64,000 bases of DNA from an uncultured delta proteobacterium (GTDB taxonomy: Bacteria > Myxococcota_A > Polyangia > Polyangiales > Houyiibacteriaceae), in assembly GCA_963699755.1 (NCBI GenBank), contig CAVOVB010000003.1, forward strand, positions 352,001 to 416,000, read 5' to 3'. This document shows positions 38,440 through 48,021 of the stretch, one piece after another. The translations under genes were made by a program, and so were the position numbers. Under the pieces are notes generated by a model. That model saw nothing but the letters and a program-made list of their open reading frames with translations, was not told where the DNA came from and ran no database searches. The first letter of the stretch is position 1. Every line of letters starts with the position of its first letter.

Positions 38440-39428
38440 ACCTACATCGCGCTCCCCTTCGCGGCTGGGCATCGTGCATCGTGCTGGTCGCCGCCTGTGG
38501 CTCGGGCCAGATCGCACCGGTCGAGGTACCGCCGCTTTCGAGCGTCAGTCGCCCTTCGGCCAGTCCCGAGGTGTTGCGCGGCGAGCGCTTGCTCGCGGAG
38601 GGTAAGGTTTCGGAGGCCCGTCGCGTTTTCGAACAGGCGCTCGCCGATGATCCAAACGACGCGAGGGCTTGGCTCGATTTGGGGCTCGCTCAAGAGGCGA
38701 CTGGCGATTGGGCTTCCGCTGACAAGGCCTACCAACGGGCTATCGCTGTCGACCCGAACTTTGCTGAGGCGTTCAACAACCTAGGGGTGCTGTTGCGTGA
38801 AGCCGGCAAGCTCTCTGAGGCGACGGCCAGGCTCGAACGCGCGGTCGCGTTGGACCCGACTCTCACCGCGGCTCGGTTCAATCTCGCGCTCTCCTACGAA
38901 GAGCAGGGGAAGATGACCGATGCCGAGCGCGAATATCTCGCCACCATCGATCGACTCCCCGACGACCCGATCCCTCGAGTCAATCTCGGGTTGATGCTTC
39001 TCGATGCAGGGCGACCGGAGGATGCAACTCCACAACTGCGCGCCGCTCGCTCGATGGTCCGCGGTGACGTCTTACTCTCGATTGCCGTTGGCGAGGGTTT
39101 GCGGCGTGCTGGCCTCCCGTCCGAGGCGCTGCCCGTTCTGCGCGAGGCGCTGAGCGAAGCCCCCGAGCCACCTCCGACGGAGCTTCTCGCCGAGCTCGCC
39201 TTGGCGGAGTACGCCACTGGCGATCTCGGTCGAGCGGAGGCGACCATGCGTCGCGCCGTCGGACAAGACGAGGTCGATCCGGGACTTCAGTACGCGTACG
39301 GTTCGATCCTCGCGAAGCAGGGCCAGCTCGGCAAGGCCAGAGCCCATCTGAGGCGGGCTGCAGAGCTCGATCCGAACGGGCCATACGCGGAGCGCGCACG
39401 CGCGCGACTCGAGGCGCTCAAGCGCTGA
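38436..39428 (+). CDS. TPR-repeat lipoprotein
   Basis: Lipobox LVAAC; multiple TPRs (AEAFNNLGVLL, ARFNLALSY). Confidence 0.85.
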   Translation: MNLHRAPLRGWASCIVLVAACGSGQIAPVEVPPLSSVSRPSASPEVLRGERLLAEGKVSEARRVFEQALADDPNDARAWLDLGLAQEATGDWASADKAYQRAIAVDPNFAEAFNNLGVLLREAGKLSEATARLERAVALDPTLTAARFNLALSYEEQGKMTDAEREYLATIDRLPDDPIPRVNLGLMLLDAGRPEDATPQLRAARSMVRGDVLLSIAVGEGLRRAGLPSEALPVLREALSEAPEPPPTELLAELALAEYATGDLGRAEATMRRAVGQDEVDPGLQYAYGSILAKQGQLGKARAHLRRAAELDPNGPYAERARARLEALKR

Positions 39429-40008
39429 AAGGCCGAAAGCTCTGACCCACCAGGAACAGCTCGTAGCTCTCGTCGCGCGTTGCGTCTGGACGGATGATCC
39501 GAACTTTGTCGAAGACCTGGCGCATCGCCTTGCGCGCGTCATCGAACTCAGCGCCTTGGAAGATTTTCGCGACGAAGATGCCGCCCGGCTCGAGCAGCGT
39601 TTTTGCAAGCTCGAGCGCGCGCATGACGAGCTCGTAGCTTCGGTACTGGTCCGCATGACGCTGGCCACTCGTCTTGGGGGCCATGTCGCTGATCACCAGG
39701 TCGAAGGGCCCGCCCAAGCTCTCCGGATCGACCTCGAAGGCATCGAGCACGCGAATCTCGGCCTGGGCCGGTAGCGCTATGCCGGGGTCATTGAGGTCGA
39801 TTCCAATCACGCGGCCGCTCGGGCCGACCTGCTCGGCTGCGTAGAGTGTCCAGGAACCAGGGCTTGCTCCGAGATCGAGAACGCGCTGGCCCTTCTTGAA
39901 TAGACCTATGCGACGATCGATTTCCTCAAGCTTGTAGACCGAGCGAGCGGGGTAGCCCTCGCGCCGCGCACGGCGTCCGTGGTGATCCTGCTGACGGCGG
40001 CGGCTCAG
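39418..40008 (-). CDS. rlmE: 23S rRNA Um2552 2'-O-methyltransferase (FtsJ/RlmE); start probably CTG at 40008
   Basis: Hand translation upstream of the listed ORF gives DHHGRRARREGYPARSVYKLEEID and DLGASPGSW, then SDMAP, AKIF, SYELF. Confidence 0.92.
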   Translation of the reverse strand: MSRRRQQDHHGRRARREGYPARSVYKLEEIDRRIGLFKKGQRVLDLGASPGSWTLYAAEQVGPSGRVIGIDLNDPGIALPAQAEIRVLDAFEVDPESLGGPFDLVISDMAPKTSGQRHADQYRSYELVMRALELAKTLLEPGGIFVAKIFQGAEFDDARKAMRQVFDKVRIIRPDATRDESYELFLVGQSFRPFSA

Positions 40009-40734
40009 TTAGCCCTCGTCGGAGGCTTGCGGCGTCTCCGGGGCGGGCTCCTCTTTGGGCGCGCGCTCCGGAAGCGGGATGGATGCCTTCTTGATTGCGC
40101 CCTTCAAGGTGAGAAAACCGTTGCGCGGACCGGGCACCCCGCCGTCGACCAGTACGATGTTCTCATCGGATAGCACCTTGACCACGCGAAGGTTCAAGAT
40201 GGTAGCCTTCTTGTTCCCGTACTGGCCGGCCATCTTCTGACCACGGAGCGTATGAGCCGGCGTCATGTTCATGCCGATGGAGCCGCCGTGCCGCTTGGCC
40301 TCGTGCGTGCCGTGACCGACCGTGCCCGCACCAGCGAAGTTGTGTCGCTTCATGACCCCAGTGAATCCGCGGCCCTTGCTCGTGGCGGATACGTCGACGA
40401 ACTGGCCATCCTGGAAAATGTCGGCCGCGCCCAGAGTCTGACCGACCTCGAAGCGCTCGAGGAGCGACTCATCGATACGGAACTCACGAACGACCCGCGT
40501 TGCGTCCACGCCCGCCTTCTTGAAGTTGCCAGCCTCGGCCTTGTTCACGAGCTTCTCACGACGACTACCGAAGCCGAGCTGGAGCGCGGAGTAGCCGTCT
40601 TTGGCTGGGGTGCGCTTGCCCAGCACCACGCAGGGCCCTGCCTTGATCGCGGTGACGCGCCGGACCTCCCCGTCGTCGAGGAAGATTTGGGTATTGCCAA
40701 GCTTGGTGCCGATGAGGCCGGGATTCGTATTCAC
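40009..40734 (-). CDS. rplC: 50S ribosomal protein L3
   Basis: GTKLGNTQ, DGYSALQLG, SKGRGFTGVMKRHNF, KMAGQYG, GGVPG. Confidence 0.96.
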   Translation of the reverse strand: MNTNPGLIGTKLGNTQIFLDDGEVRRVTAIKAGPCVVLGKRTPAKDGYSALQLGFGSRREKLVNKAEAGNFKKAGVDATRVVREFRIDESLLERFEVGQTLGAADIFQDGQFVDVSATSKGRGFTGVMKRHNFAGAGTVGHGTHEAKRHGGSIGMNMTPAHTLRGQKMAGQYGNKKATILNLRVVKVLSDENIVLVDGGVPGPRNGFLTLKGAIKKASIPLPERAPKEEPAPETPQASDEG

Positions 40735-40762
40735 AAGTGTTCTCCCCTGGAAAAGGGCCGCA

Positions 40763-40790
40763 AAGATAGTGATGCGCAGGGGCGAGTCAA
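40763..40790 (-). promoter_or_regulatory. Sigma70 promoter TTGACT-16-TATCTT for rplC
   Basis: Minus-strand intergenic region, followed by GGAG SD. Confidence 0.6.
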
Positions 40791-40821
40791 GGCGGAGGCA
40801 TCTGGCAGTTCAAAGCCCCGA

Positions 40822-41601
40822 TTACTCTTGGATTCCGAAGATTCGGATCGCGTTTTCGTAGCTCGTCCGGGCCAGGACTTCCGGGTCTTGCCCACGGAGC
40901 TCCGCGATGCGTGCTGCTGTATAGGCTACATAGGCGGGTTCATTGCGTTTTCCGCGCCTGGGAATCGGGGCGAGGTAGGGGGCGTCGGTCTCGATCAGAA
41001 GGGCATCGGTCGGCTGCCTGAGCGCGGCATCCCGGACCGCGACGGCGGTTTTGAACGTGACGATCCCACTGAAGGAGGAAAGGAAGCCGAGATCGAGCGC
41101 TGCTTTGGCGAAGGGAGCGTCCTCGCTGAAGCAATGGATGATACCCCCCACGTCCTTCGCCTGCTCTTCGCGCAAGATTCGGAGCGTGTCTTTGGGCGCT
41201 GACCGGGTGTGAATCACCAGAGGTTTCTTGAGCTCTCTGGCGATTGAGATCTGTCTTCGGAAGGCTTCTTCCTGGGCCGGATGGGGCGAGTGGTCGTAGT
41301 GGAAGTCTAGGCCGGTTTCACCGATGGCCACCACGGTCGGGTCCGTCCCTGCGTCGCGAATCGCATCGAAGAGGGCGTCGTCGAGAAGCCTGGCGTCGTG
41401 TGGGTGAACGCCGACGGTGGCCGAGATTCGATTTGGATGTTTCCGTGCGATCTCGATCGCTGAGCTTGCCGAAGATGGATCGCTTGCGCAGCCTATGCTG
41501 GTGATGCGCCGCACGCCCGCCTCCGCTGCCCGTTCGAGCACGGCGTCGAGCTCCTCGAGCAGGCGCGGGTCATCCAAGTGGCAGTGGGTATCGAAGAGCA
41601 T
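40822..41601 (-). CDS. tatD: TatD-family nuclease
   Basis: DTHCHL, GVHPHDA, IGETGLD, IHTR, HCFS, ETDAPYL. Confidence 0.93.
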   Translation of the reverse strand: MLFDTHCHLDDPRLLEELDAVLERAAEAGVRRITSIGCASDPSSASSAIEIARKHPNRISATVGVHPHDARLLDDALFDAIRDAGTDPTVVAIGETGLDFHYDHSPHPAQEEAFRRQISIARELKKPLVIHTRSAPKDTLRILREEQAKDVGGIIHCFSEDAPFAKAALDLGFLSSFSGIVTFKTAVAVRDAALRQPTDALLIETDAPYLAPIPRRGKRNEPAYVAYTAARIAELRGQDPEVLARTSYENAIRIFGIQE

Positions 41602-41612
41602 GGCGGCGTCCA

Positions 41613-42623
41613 CTACTGAGACTGATTCGCTTGGCGCAGGGAAGCAAGCAAGGCTTTGGCTTCCACGCTCTTCGGGGCGAGCTGCTCGAGGGTGGTTTCA
41701 TAGACCGGCATCTCGGCCTTTCGACTCTTTCGCAAGGCGCCGGCCAGGTCTGGTACGAGCGCTGTGAGCCCAAGCTCACCCACGAGCTCCACGGCGTACT
41801 GCCGCGCTTCGATACGCCAGCTTCGGACGAGCTTTCGAATCTCCTCCGTACCCGCAGGGTCACCCAGCAGAACCAGGGCGCGCGCGGCCGCGGCCCGCAA
41901 GATAGGGGAGCGCCACGGATGCGTCGCAAGCCGCGTGAGCGCAGCTATCGAGTCCCGGTCCCCGAGGTTGCCGAGCCCAAGCGCAGCAGCGAGGGCTCGG
42001 TGCGGTTGGCTTAGCGACGCTCGCAGGATTGGGGCACCTCTCGCATCGCCCAGGGTGGCGAGCGTCGTCGCTGCGGCGAAGCGAACGGCGTCCGAAGAGT
42101 CGTCCAACGAGCGCGCGATCGCCTCGAGGTTGCCGCGCGCGCCCAACTCGCCCAGGCATTGCATCGCGAGTATGCGAACTTCTTCGTCTCCATCCGCGAG
42201 CGCTTTCGCGATCTGGTCGGAATGCGCTGCGCCTAGGTGAGACAAGCTCCAAATCGCCGAAAAGCGCATCTCCGGACGCGGATCATCGAGTAAGCGCGCG
42301 ATCGAATCAGCACCTTGTTCCGGAGCAACGCGTCCCACCGCCAGTACGGCAGTTTGGCGGGCACCCATGTGCTCGTCCTCGAAGGCGTCGAGCAAAGTGC
42401 TCAATGCCTCGACCGCACCGAGCGTCCCCAGCGACTCGTACGCAGCCTCGCGCACCGCGCCGTGGTCGTCTCGTGCGAGGCTTAGAAGACCTGTGATCGC
42501 TTCTTGTCTTCTCCCGTTGGGCGGCTCGGCAAGACGTGCGGCTGCGGCGCCTCGAAATCGGGGCTGTTGGGCTCGCACGTCTCGAAGTGCCGCGTCGAAA
42601 GTCGGTGCCAGAGGCGGGATCAC
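41613..42623 (-). CDS. HEAT/PBS-lyase repeat protein
   Basis: Repeated L.D....VR..A...LG units. Confidence 0.85.
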   Translation of the reverse strand: MIPPLAPTFDAALRDVRAQQPRFRGAAAARLAEPPNGRRQEAITGLLSLARDDHGAVREAAYESLGTLGAVEALSTLLDAFEDEHMGARQTAVLAVGRVAPEQGADSIARLLDDPRPEMRFSAIWSLSHLGAAHSDQIAKALADGDEEVRILAMQCLGELGARGNLEAIARSLDDSSDAVRFAAATTLATLGDARGAPILRASLSQPHRALAAALGLGNLGDRDSIAALTRLATHPWRSPILRAAAARALVLLGDPAGTEEIRKLVRSWRIEARQYAVELVGELGLTALVPDLAGALRKSRKAEMPVYETTLEQLAPKSVEAKALLASLRQANQSQ

Positions 42624-44605
42624 TTGGCCGGTGATCCGGGTTCGACGTCTCTGTCGACGCTGAGTACACAGAGGCCGCTCTCGTCGCTGGCGGCGAGCAC
42701 CATCCCCTGCGACTCCAGTCCCATCAGCTTGCGGGGCTTCAAGTTGGCGACGATGACGACTCGCTGGCCGACCAGGTCTTCGGGAGCGTAATGCTCGGCG
42801 ATGCCAGCCAGGATTTGCCTCGGCTCGGCTTCGCCGGCGTCGACGACGAGCCGGATGAGCTTGTTGCTCTTCTCGACCTTCTCCGCTTCTTTCACCAGGG
42901 CGATGCGAAGGTCGACCTTCATGAACTCGTCGAACTCGATGAATTGGTCTTTACCCTGCTCGGTATCTGTCATGACGGTTGCCTTCTTCTGCTTTGCTTC
43001 AGGAGCCTCTACACCTAGACGCTCCAAGATCGAGCGCTCCTGGGCTTCGTCGAACCTGGGGAAGAGCGGGGTTGCGCTTCGTGTCTCCGTGCCCGGTCTC
43101 AGCCCGCCCCAGACGGTCGGCCAGAAGTCGACCTGCTCGGTTGGAAGCAGGGGGGGCATGCCGAGTTGCGCGCGAAGCTCGTTGCACTTCCCAGGCATTA
43201 CCGGGAAGAGCATGATCGAAAGCCATCGTAGCGTTTCGAGGACCGTGTAACAGACCTGCTCGAGCCGAGTCTTGTCGCCCTCCTTGGCCAGCTTCCAAGG
43301 CTCGGTCGAGTCGACGTACTTGTTTGCCGCCGATACGAGCTCCCAGATCGTGTCGAGCGCACGGTGGAACGCCAGCGCCTCCAGGTGATTGGCCGCTCCG
43401 GCGGATGCGGCCTTGGCTTTTTCGATGAGTCGTCGATCCATCGGGTCGAGGTCCTCTAGGTCGACCTTTGGTACTTGACCGTCGAGGTTCTTCTTCAGGA
43501 TGCTCGCGACGATTCGGTTCATGAGATTACCGAGGCCGTTGGCGAGCTCGCCATTGTATCGATTGAGGAGATTTTGGTGGCTGAAGTCGCCATCCTGCCC
43601 GAAGCCCACCTCGCGCATGAAGTAGTAGCGCAAAACGTCGGCCCCCACCGCTTCGACCAAGGGCCCCGGTGGGAGAAAGTTGCCGAGCGACTTCGACATC
43701 TTCTCGCCGTTCACAGTGAGCCAACCGTGCGCCCAGATTTGCGTCGGGAGCCGAATACCTGCGCTCATCAAGAATGCCGGCCAGTAGATCGTGTGGAAGC
43801 GAAGGATGTCTTTGCCGACGATGTGAATGATCGCCTCGGACGATCGCCAGAACTCGTCGTAGAGCGGAGCCTCGCCCGCTTCGGCGGGTCCACCGAGTGC
43901 GCTCACGTAGTTCATGAGTGCATCAAGCCAGACATAGACTACGTGCTCGGGGTCATCTGGAACTGGAACGCCCCAACGGAAGCTCGTCCTCGAAATCGAC
44001 AGGTCGCGTAATCCCTCTTTGACGAAGGACTTCACCTCGTTGAAACGCGCTTCGGGCCGCACGAAATCAGGATGCGCTTCATAGTGGTCGAGAAGCGGCT
44101 GCGCGTACTTGCTCAGACGGAAGAAGTAGCTCCGCTCCTTGATGCGCTCGACCGGCTTCTGGTGGATCGGGCAGAGGTTGCCTTCGAGGAGCTCCTTGTC
44201 GGTCTTGAAAGACTCGCAGCCGACACAGTACCAATCCTCGTAGTCGTCGAGGTAGATGTCGCCACGGGCCTCCATCAGCTTCCAAAGCGCCTGGACGTTC
44301 TCGCGGTGCTGGGGCGAGGTCGTCCGAATGAAGCCATCGTGGGCGCATCCCAGCTCTTCCCAAGCGAGTCGGAACGGCGCGGCCATCCGATCGACGAAAT
44401 CCTGGGGGGCAAGCCCCTCTTCTCTGGCTCGGCGCTCAATCTTCAGGCCGTGCTCGTCGAGTCCCGTGAGAAAGTACGAGGGCCGACCCCGGAGGCGCTG
44501 GTAGCGAGACAGCACATCCGCGGCGACCGTCGAGTAGGCATGCCCGATGTGCGGCCGATCGTTGACGTAGTAGATCGGCGTGGTGACGTAGAAGGGACGA
44601 GCCAT
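42620..44605 (-). CDS. metG: Methionine--tRNA ligase with C-terminal tRNA-binding domain
   Basis: PHIGH, CxxC...CPIH knuckle, YVWLDAL, GKDILRFH, KMSKS, ANLKPRKLMG.SQGM. Confidence 0.98.
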   Translation of the reverse strand: MARPFYVTTPIYYVNDRPHIGHAYSTVAADVLSRYQRLRGRPSYFLTGLDEHGLKIERRAREEGLAPQDFVDRMAAPFRLAWEELGCAHDGFIRTTSPQHRENVQALWKLMEARGDIYLDDYEDWYCVGCESFKTDKELLEGNLCPIHQKPVERIKERSYFFRLSKYAQPLLDHYEAHPDFVRPEARFNEVKSFVKEGLRDLSISRTSFRWGVPVPDDPEHVVYVWLDALMNYVSALGGPAEAGEAPLYDEFWRSSEAIIHIVGKDILRFHTIYWPAFLMSAGIRLPTQIWAHGWLTVNGEKMSKSLGNFLPPGPLVEAVGADVLRYYFMREVGFGQDGDFSHQNLLNRYNGELANGLGNLMNRIVASILKKNLDGQVPKVDLEDLDPMDRRLIEKAKAASAGAANHLEALAFHRALDTIWELVSAANKYVDSTEPWKLAKEGDKTRLEQVCYTVLETLRWLSIMLFPVMPGKCNELRAQLGMPPLLPTEQVDFWPTVWGGLRPGTETRSATPLFPRFDEAQERSILERLGVEAPEAKQKKATVMTDTEQGKDQFIEFDEFMKVDLRIALVKEAEKVEKSNKLIRLVVDAGEAEPRQILAGIAEHYAPEDLVGQRVVIVANLKPRKLMGLESQGMVLAASDESGLCVLSVDRDVEPGSPAK

Positions 44606-44644
44606 TTCGCGCCCGAGACTAGCCAATATCGGCCGAGATGCCAG

Positions 44645-45628
44645 CTAGCGGAGATTTCGAAGACCAAAGAGCATGGAGTCGAGCGCTACCTGCTTGTTGG
44701 CGTTCTTGTGGATCGATTGGACGCAGTCGTGAATCAGGGAGACACGCGCGGCGGCAGCGCTCGACGAAAGAGGCAGTGCACGTTCCAGGGCCTCCTCGGC
44801 CCGCGCCGAGAAACCGAGCCCTTCGCTTGGTAGGCCGAGCGCGCTGGCAGCGAGATCCCGATAGAAGATCTGGAGCGTGAGCAATGCGAGCTCGAGGTCG
44901 TCGCGCCGAGCCAGTTGCTCGGAAAGCTCGACCAGAATGCCTGGGCCGGAGCCGCGAACCGCATCGTCGATCGAGAACACCAACTCGCTCAAGGCGTCCA
45001 CGGCGCCATCGGTTGCGAGGGCTAGGGCGACGTCGGCGCGGCCTGCGCTCAACGCGATGGCCGCGGAGATGCAATCTTCCGGAGCTCCTTCCGACGCGAG
45101 GATCTCACCAAGAACCGCCCGAGGAAGGCGTCCGAATCGAACGCGCTGGCAGCGAGATCGAATCGTCGGCAGGAGCGAGTCAGGTCGCTCCGAAGTGAGA
45201 ATGAAGTGCACTTTGGGGCGGGGCTCTTCGAGCGTCTTGAGCAAGGCATTGGCCGCCTCGGGCTGAAAGCCGGGGAACGAAACGTCCGCCTCGGGAAAAA
45301 TGAAGAAGGTTGCCTCAGCCTCGAAGGGCGCAAACTGCGCGAGTGGAAGTATCTCGGTTCGAAGAACTTCGACCTGGATGTTGCGCTTGCCTTCGTCCCG
45401 CGGTCGGAACACCCGCACGTCGGGATGCGCACCCGAATCGATTCGCTCGGCGATATGTGGATCGCCAGAAGCGATGATGTCCGTCGCCAGTGCCAGAGCG
45501 GTGAGCTCTTTGCCGACCCCGCTAGGTCCTTCAAAGAGATAAGCCGACGCCAAACGCCCTTGCTCACGCGCTCGCGTGAGGCCTCGGATCGCAAGGTCCT
45601 GCGCCCGCACCGACTCGAGCGCGCTCAC
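44645..45628 (-). CDS. holB: DNA polymerase III subunit delta'
   Basis: AYLFEGPSGVGK, HPDV, AANALLKTLEEP, LPTIRSRC. Confidence 0.9.
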   Translation of the reverse strand: MSALESVRAQDLAIRGLTRAREQGRLASAYLFEGPSGVGKELTALALATDIIASGDPHIAERIDSGAHPDVRVFRPRDEGKRNIQVEVLRTEILPLAQFAPFEAEATFFIFPEADVSFPGFQPEAANALLKTLEEPRPKVHFILTSERPDSLLPTIRSRCQRVRFGRLPRAVLGEILASEGAPEDCISAAIALSAGRADVALALATDGAVDALSELVFSIDDAVRGSGPGILVELSEQLARRDDLELALLTLQIFYRDLAASALGLPSEGLGFSARAEEALERALPLSSSAAAARVSLIHDCVQSIHKNANKQVALDSMLFGLRNLR

Positions 45629-46230
45629 TTGTCGGAGCCTCCAGTGAAGATCGAGATCGCAAGCGTCTGGATCGCATCGACCACATCGCCGGGGGAGAGG
45701 GCGTCGGGGTCGACGAATGCTTGCATCACCATGCCGTCGAGCAGGCCCATCACGATTCTCGGCAGAATCTCGACCGAGATTCGCGGCTGGAGTCCGAGCG
45801 AAATCAGGTTCTGCTCGAGATATGCTCGGATTTGCTGCGCGCCAAGCTCGTAGAACTCGGCCAATTTCGGACGCAGGGTTTCATCATACAAGCTCAGGGC
45901 GAGCAGGTCGGCGACCACCAGGGCTTCATCGCTCCGCTCTGCTCGCGTCGCCCAGAGCTCCTCGAGCGATTTCCGAAGCGCCTCGAAGGGATTGTCTGAA
46001 GGTGACCAGGCCTGCATCGTGCGACTTTGCACCGCGTTGCACGCCGTCTCGAGAACCGCGTGAATCAGTGCCTCTTTCGTCGGGTAGTGATAGTGCAGAG
46101 CGCCTTTGCTCATGCCGGCTTCTTTGGCTATCTCGAGCAGGCTGGTCTTGGCATACCCCTGGCGCGCGAGGACCCGGATCGCCGCATCGATGATCTGCTG
46201 GGAGCTGACCGCGCTCTTTGCGTACGCCAT
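45625..46230 (-). CDS. TetR/AcrR-family regulator
   Basis: IAKEAGMSKGALHYHYPTKEAL HTH. Confidence 0.92.
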   Translation of the reverse strand: MAYAKSAVSSQQIIDAAIRVLARQGYAKTSLLEIAKEAGMSKGALHYHYPTKEALIHAVLETACNAVQSRTMQAWSPSDNPFEALRKSLEELWATRAERSDEALVVADLLALSLYDETLRPKLAEFYELGAQQIRAYLEQNLISLGLQPRISVEILPRIVMGLLDGMVMQAFVDPDALSPGDVVDAIQTLAISIFTGGSDK

Positions 46231-46239
46231 GAACGTGGA

Positions 46240-46269
46240 ACCATGACGCCTGCTCCTGGGGCTCGTCAA
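46240..46269 (-). promoter_or_regulatory. Sigma70-like promoter TTGACG-18-CATGGT, 9 nt before the TetR ATG
   Basis: Read directly on the minus strand. Confidence 0.4.
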
Positions 46270-46288
46270 CCGCTTGTGCTAAGGCCGG

Positions 46289-47077
46289 TTGGTGAGTGAA
46301 CAAGGTCAGTCACTAACGCGCCTCGTCGAGCTGATGCGCACCTTGCTCGGTCCCGAAGGCTGCCCCTGGGACCGCGATCAGACCCTCGAAACGCTCCGAC
46401 AGTACGTCCTCGAAGAGGCTCATGAGGTCGTCGACGCGATCGATCGAGGCACCCCGGAAATGCTCCGCGAAGAGCTGGGCGACCTCTTGCTGCAAGTCGT
46501 CTTTCAGGCTGTCCTGACGGAGCAGAAAGGCTGGTTCGGCATCGACGGGGTGGTCGATGCGATTTGCGAGAAGCTCGTTCGCCGCCACCCTTGGGTCTTT
46601 GGTGACGAAGAAGTCGACGACGCCAGTGGCGCCATCAACGGCTGGGAAGCGATCAAGGCGAAAGAGAAGAAGGACCGTGGTGCCCTGAGCGGAGTTCCGG
46701 TCGCCCTCCCGGGTCTCCTTCGCGCGGTTCGTATCGGGGAGAAGGCGAGCGCGGTAGGCTACGACTGGCCGGATGCCGGTGGTCCTCGCAAGAAGATCGA
46801 CGAGGAGCTCGAGGAGCTCGACCAAGCCGCCGAGGCCAGGGACATGGCCGCCCTCGAGCACGAGCTCGGCGACCTCTTGTTCGCGCTGGCGACGTACGGC
46901 CGCAAGCAAGGCTTGGATCCAGAAGCAGCGCTTCGGGGCTCCCTCAATCGCTTCTCTTCGCGTTTTCGGCACTGCGAGCTCGCCGCTCAGGCGGATGGCA
47001 AGACCCTCCGCGACTACGGCGAGCTCGAGCTAGACGAAATGTGGGAGCGTGCAAAGGCGGCTGAGCGCAAGCCGTAG
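46289..47077 (+). CDS. mazG: Nucleoside triphosphate pyrophosphohydrolase MazG
   Basis: GCPWDRDQT, EEAHE, EELGDLLLQVVF, KLVRRHPWVF, ELGDLLF. Confidence 0.95.
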   Translation: MVSEQGQSLTRLVELMRTLLGPEGCPWDRDQTLETLRQYVLEEAHEVVDAIDRGTPEMLREELGDLLLQVVFQAVLTEQKGWFGIDGVVDAICEKLVRRHPWVFGDEEVDDASGAINGWEAIKAKEKKDRGALSGVPVALPGLLRAVRIGEKASAVGYDWPDAGGPRKKIDEELEELDQAAEARDMAALEHELGDLLFALATYGRKQGLDPEAALRGSLNRFSSRFRHCELAAQADGKTLRDYGELELDEMWERAKAAERKP

Positions 47078-47098
47078 CGTCCGGGGCGTTCTGGCTCT

Positions 47099-48013
47099 CT
47101 AGAGCTGCTCTTTCGGAAACGGCATCACGGCCTGGACCGACGCAGCGCCCAGCAGCAGCATCAACAAGCGGTCGACGCCAAGCGCGTTGCCGCCACTTTC
47201 GGGCATGCCTCGCTCGAGGTCGGCGAGAAATCGCTCGTCGACGGGATACACGGGGAGCCCAGCTGCTTGGCGCTCAGCCCGATCTCGCTCGAATCGTCGC
47301 CGTTGCTCCGCCGCGTCTGTGAGCTCGCCAAAACCGTTGCACAGCTCCACTCCGTGGAAGAACGCCTCAAAGCGATCCGCCATCCCGTTTGGCTTGAGCT
47401 TCGCAAGCGAAGCCATCCGCCCAGGCCAATCGGTCACGAATACCGGCCGCTCGCTCCCGAGACATGGCTGCACGTCCTCGGCCCAGACCCGAAAGAAGCA
47501 CTCCTCGTCGTCTTGCAGCAATCCGATTGTGACATTCGCGTGGAACTGCAGTGCCTCGTCCACGGTCATCCGTTGCCAAGGTGGCAGGACCTCAGGTGCC
47601 GGCTGATCGAGCGCATCGGCGACGAACGCTACGAGATCCTCCGTATCGCGCATCAGCTCGTCGGACGTCCCATCAGCACGGTACCATTCGAGCATCGTGA
47701 ACTCGCGCTCGTGATGGCGTCCTTGCTCCCCGCCTCGGTAGCTTCGACAGAGCTGGAAGATACGCTGCGCCCCGGCGCTGAGGAGGCGCTTCATTTGGTA
47801 TTCGGGGCTGGTAGCAAGCCAGCCAACCCGCTCGCCCTTGGGGTCGCGCACCTCGAAGGCGGACAGATGCACGTCGAGCCCCGGGGAGGGCACGATGGCA
47901 GGCGTCTCTACCTCGATGAAGTCGCGTTCTGCAAAGAAGCGCCGAATCGCCGCTAGCAAGGCGGCACGAAGCTCCAGGACCTGAAGCACTGCACCGTCGG
48001 CGTGCCCGGCCAT
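47099..48013 (-). CDS. epmA: EF-P lysine beta-lysyltransferase
   Basis: EVETP, TSPEYQMKRLL, EFTMLEWYR, ELCNGFGELTD, GVDRL; adjacent to efp. Confidence 0.93.
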   Translation of the reverse strand: MAGHADGAVLQVLELRAALLAAIRRFFAERDFIEVETPAIVPSPGLDVHLSAFEVRDPKGERVGWLATSPEYQMKRLLSAGAQRIFQLCRSYRGGEQGRHHEREFTMLEWYRADGTSDELMRDTEDLVAFVADALDQPAPEVLPPWQRMTVDEALQFHANVTIGLLQDDEECFFRVWAEDVQPCLGSERPVFVTDWPGRMASLAKLKPNGMADRFEAFFHGVELCNGFGELTDAAEQRRRFERDRAERQAAGLPVYPVDERFLADLERGMPESGGNALGVDRLLMLLLGAASVQAVMPFPKEQL

Positions 48014-48021
48014 TCGACTGC

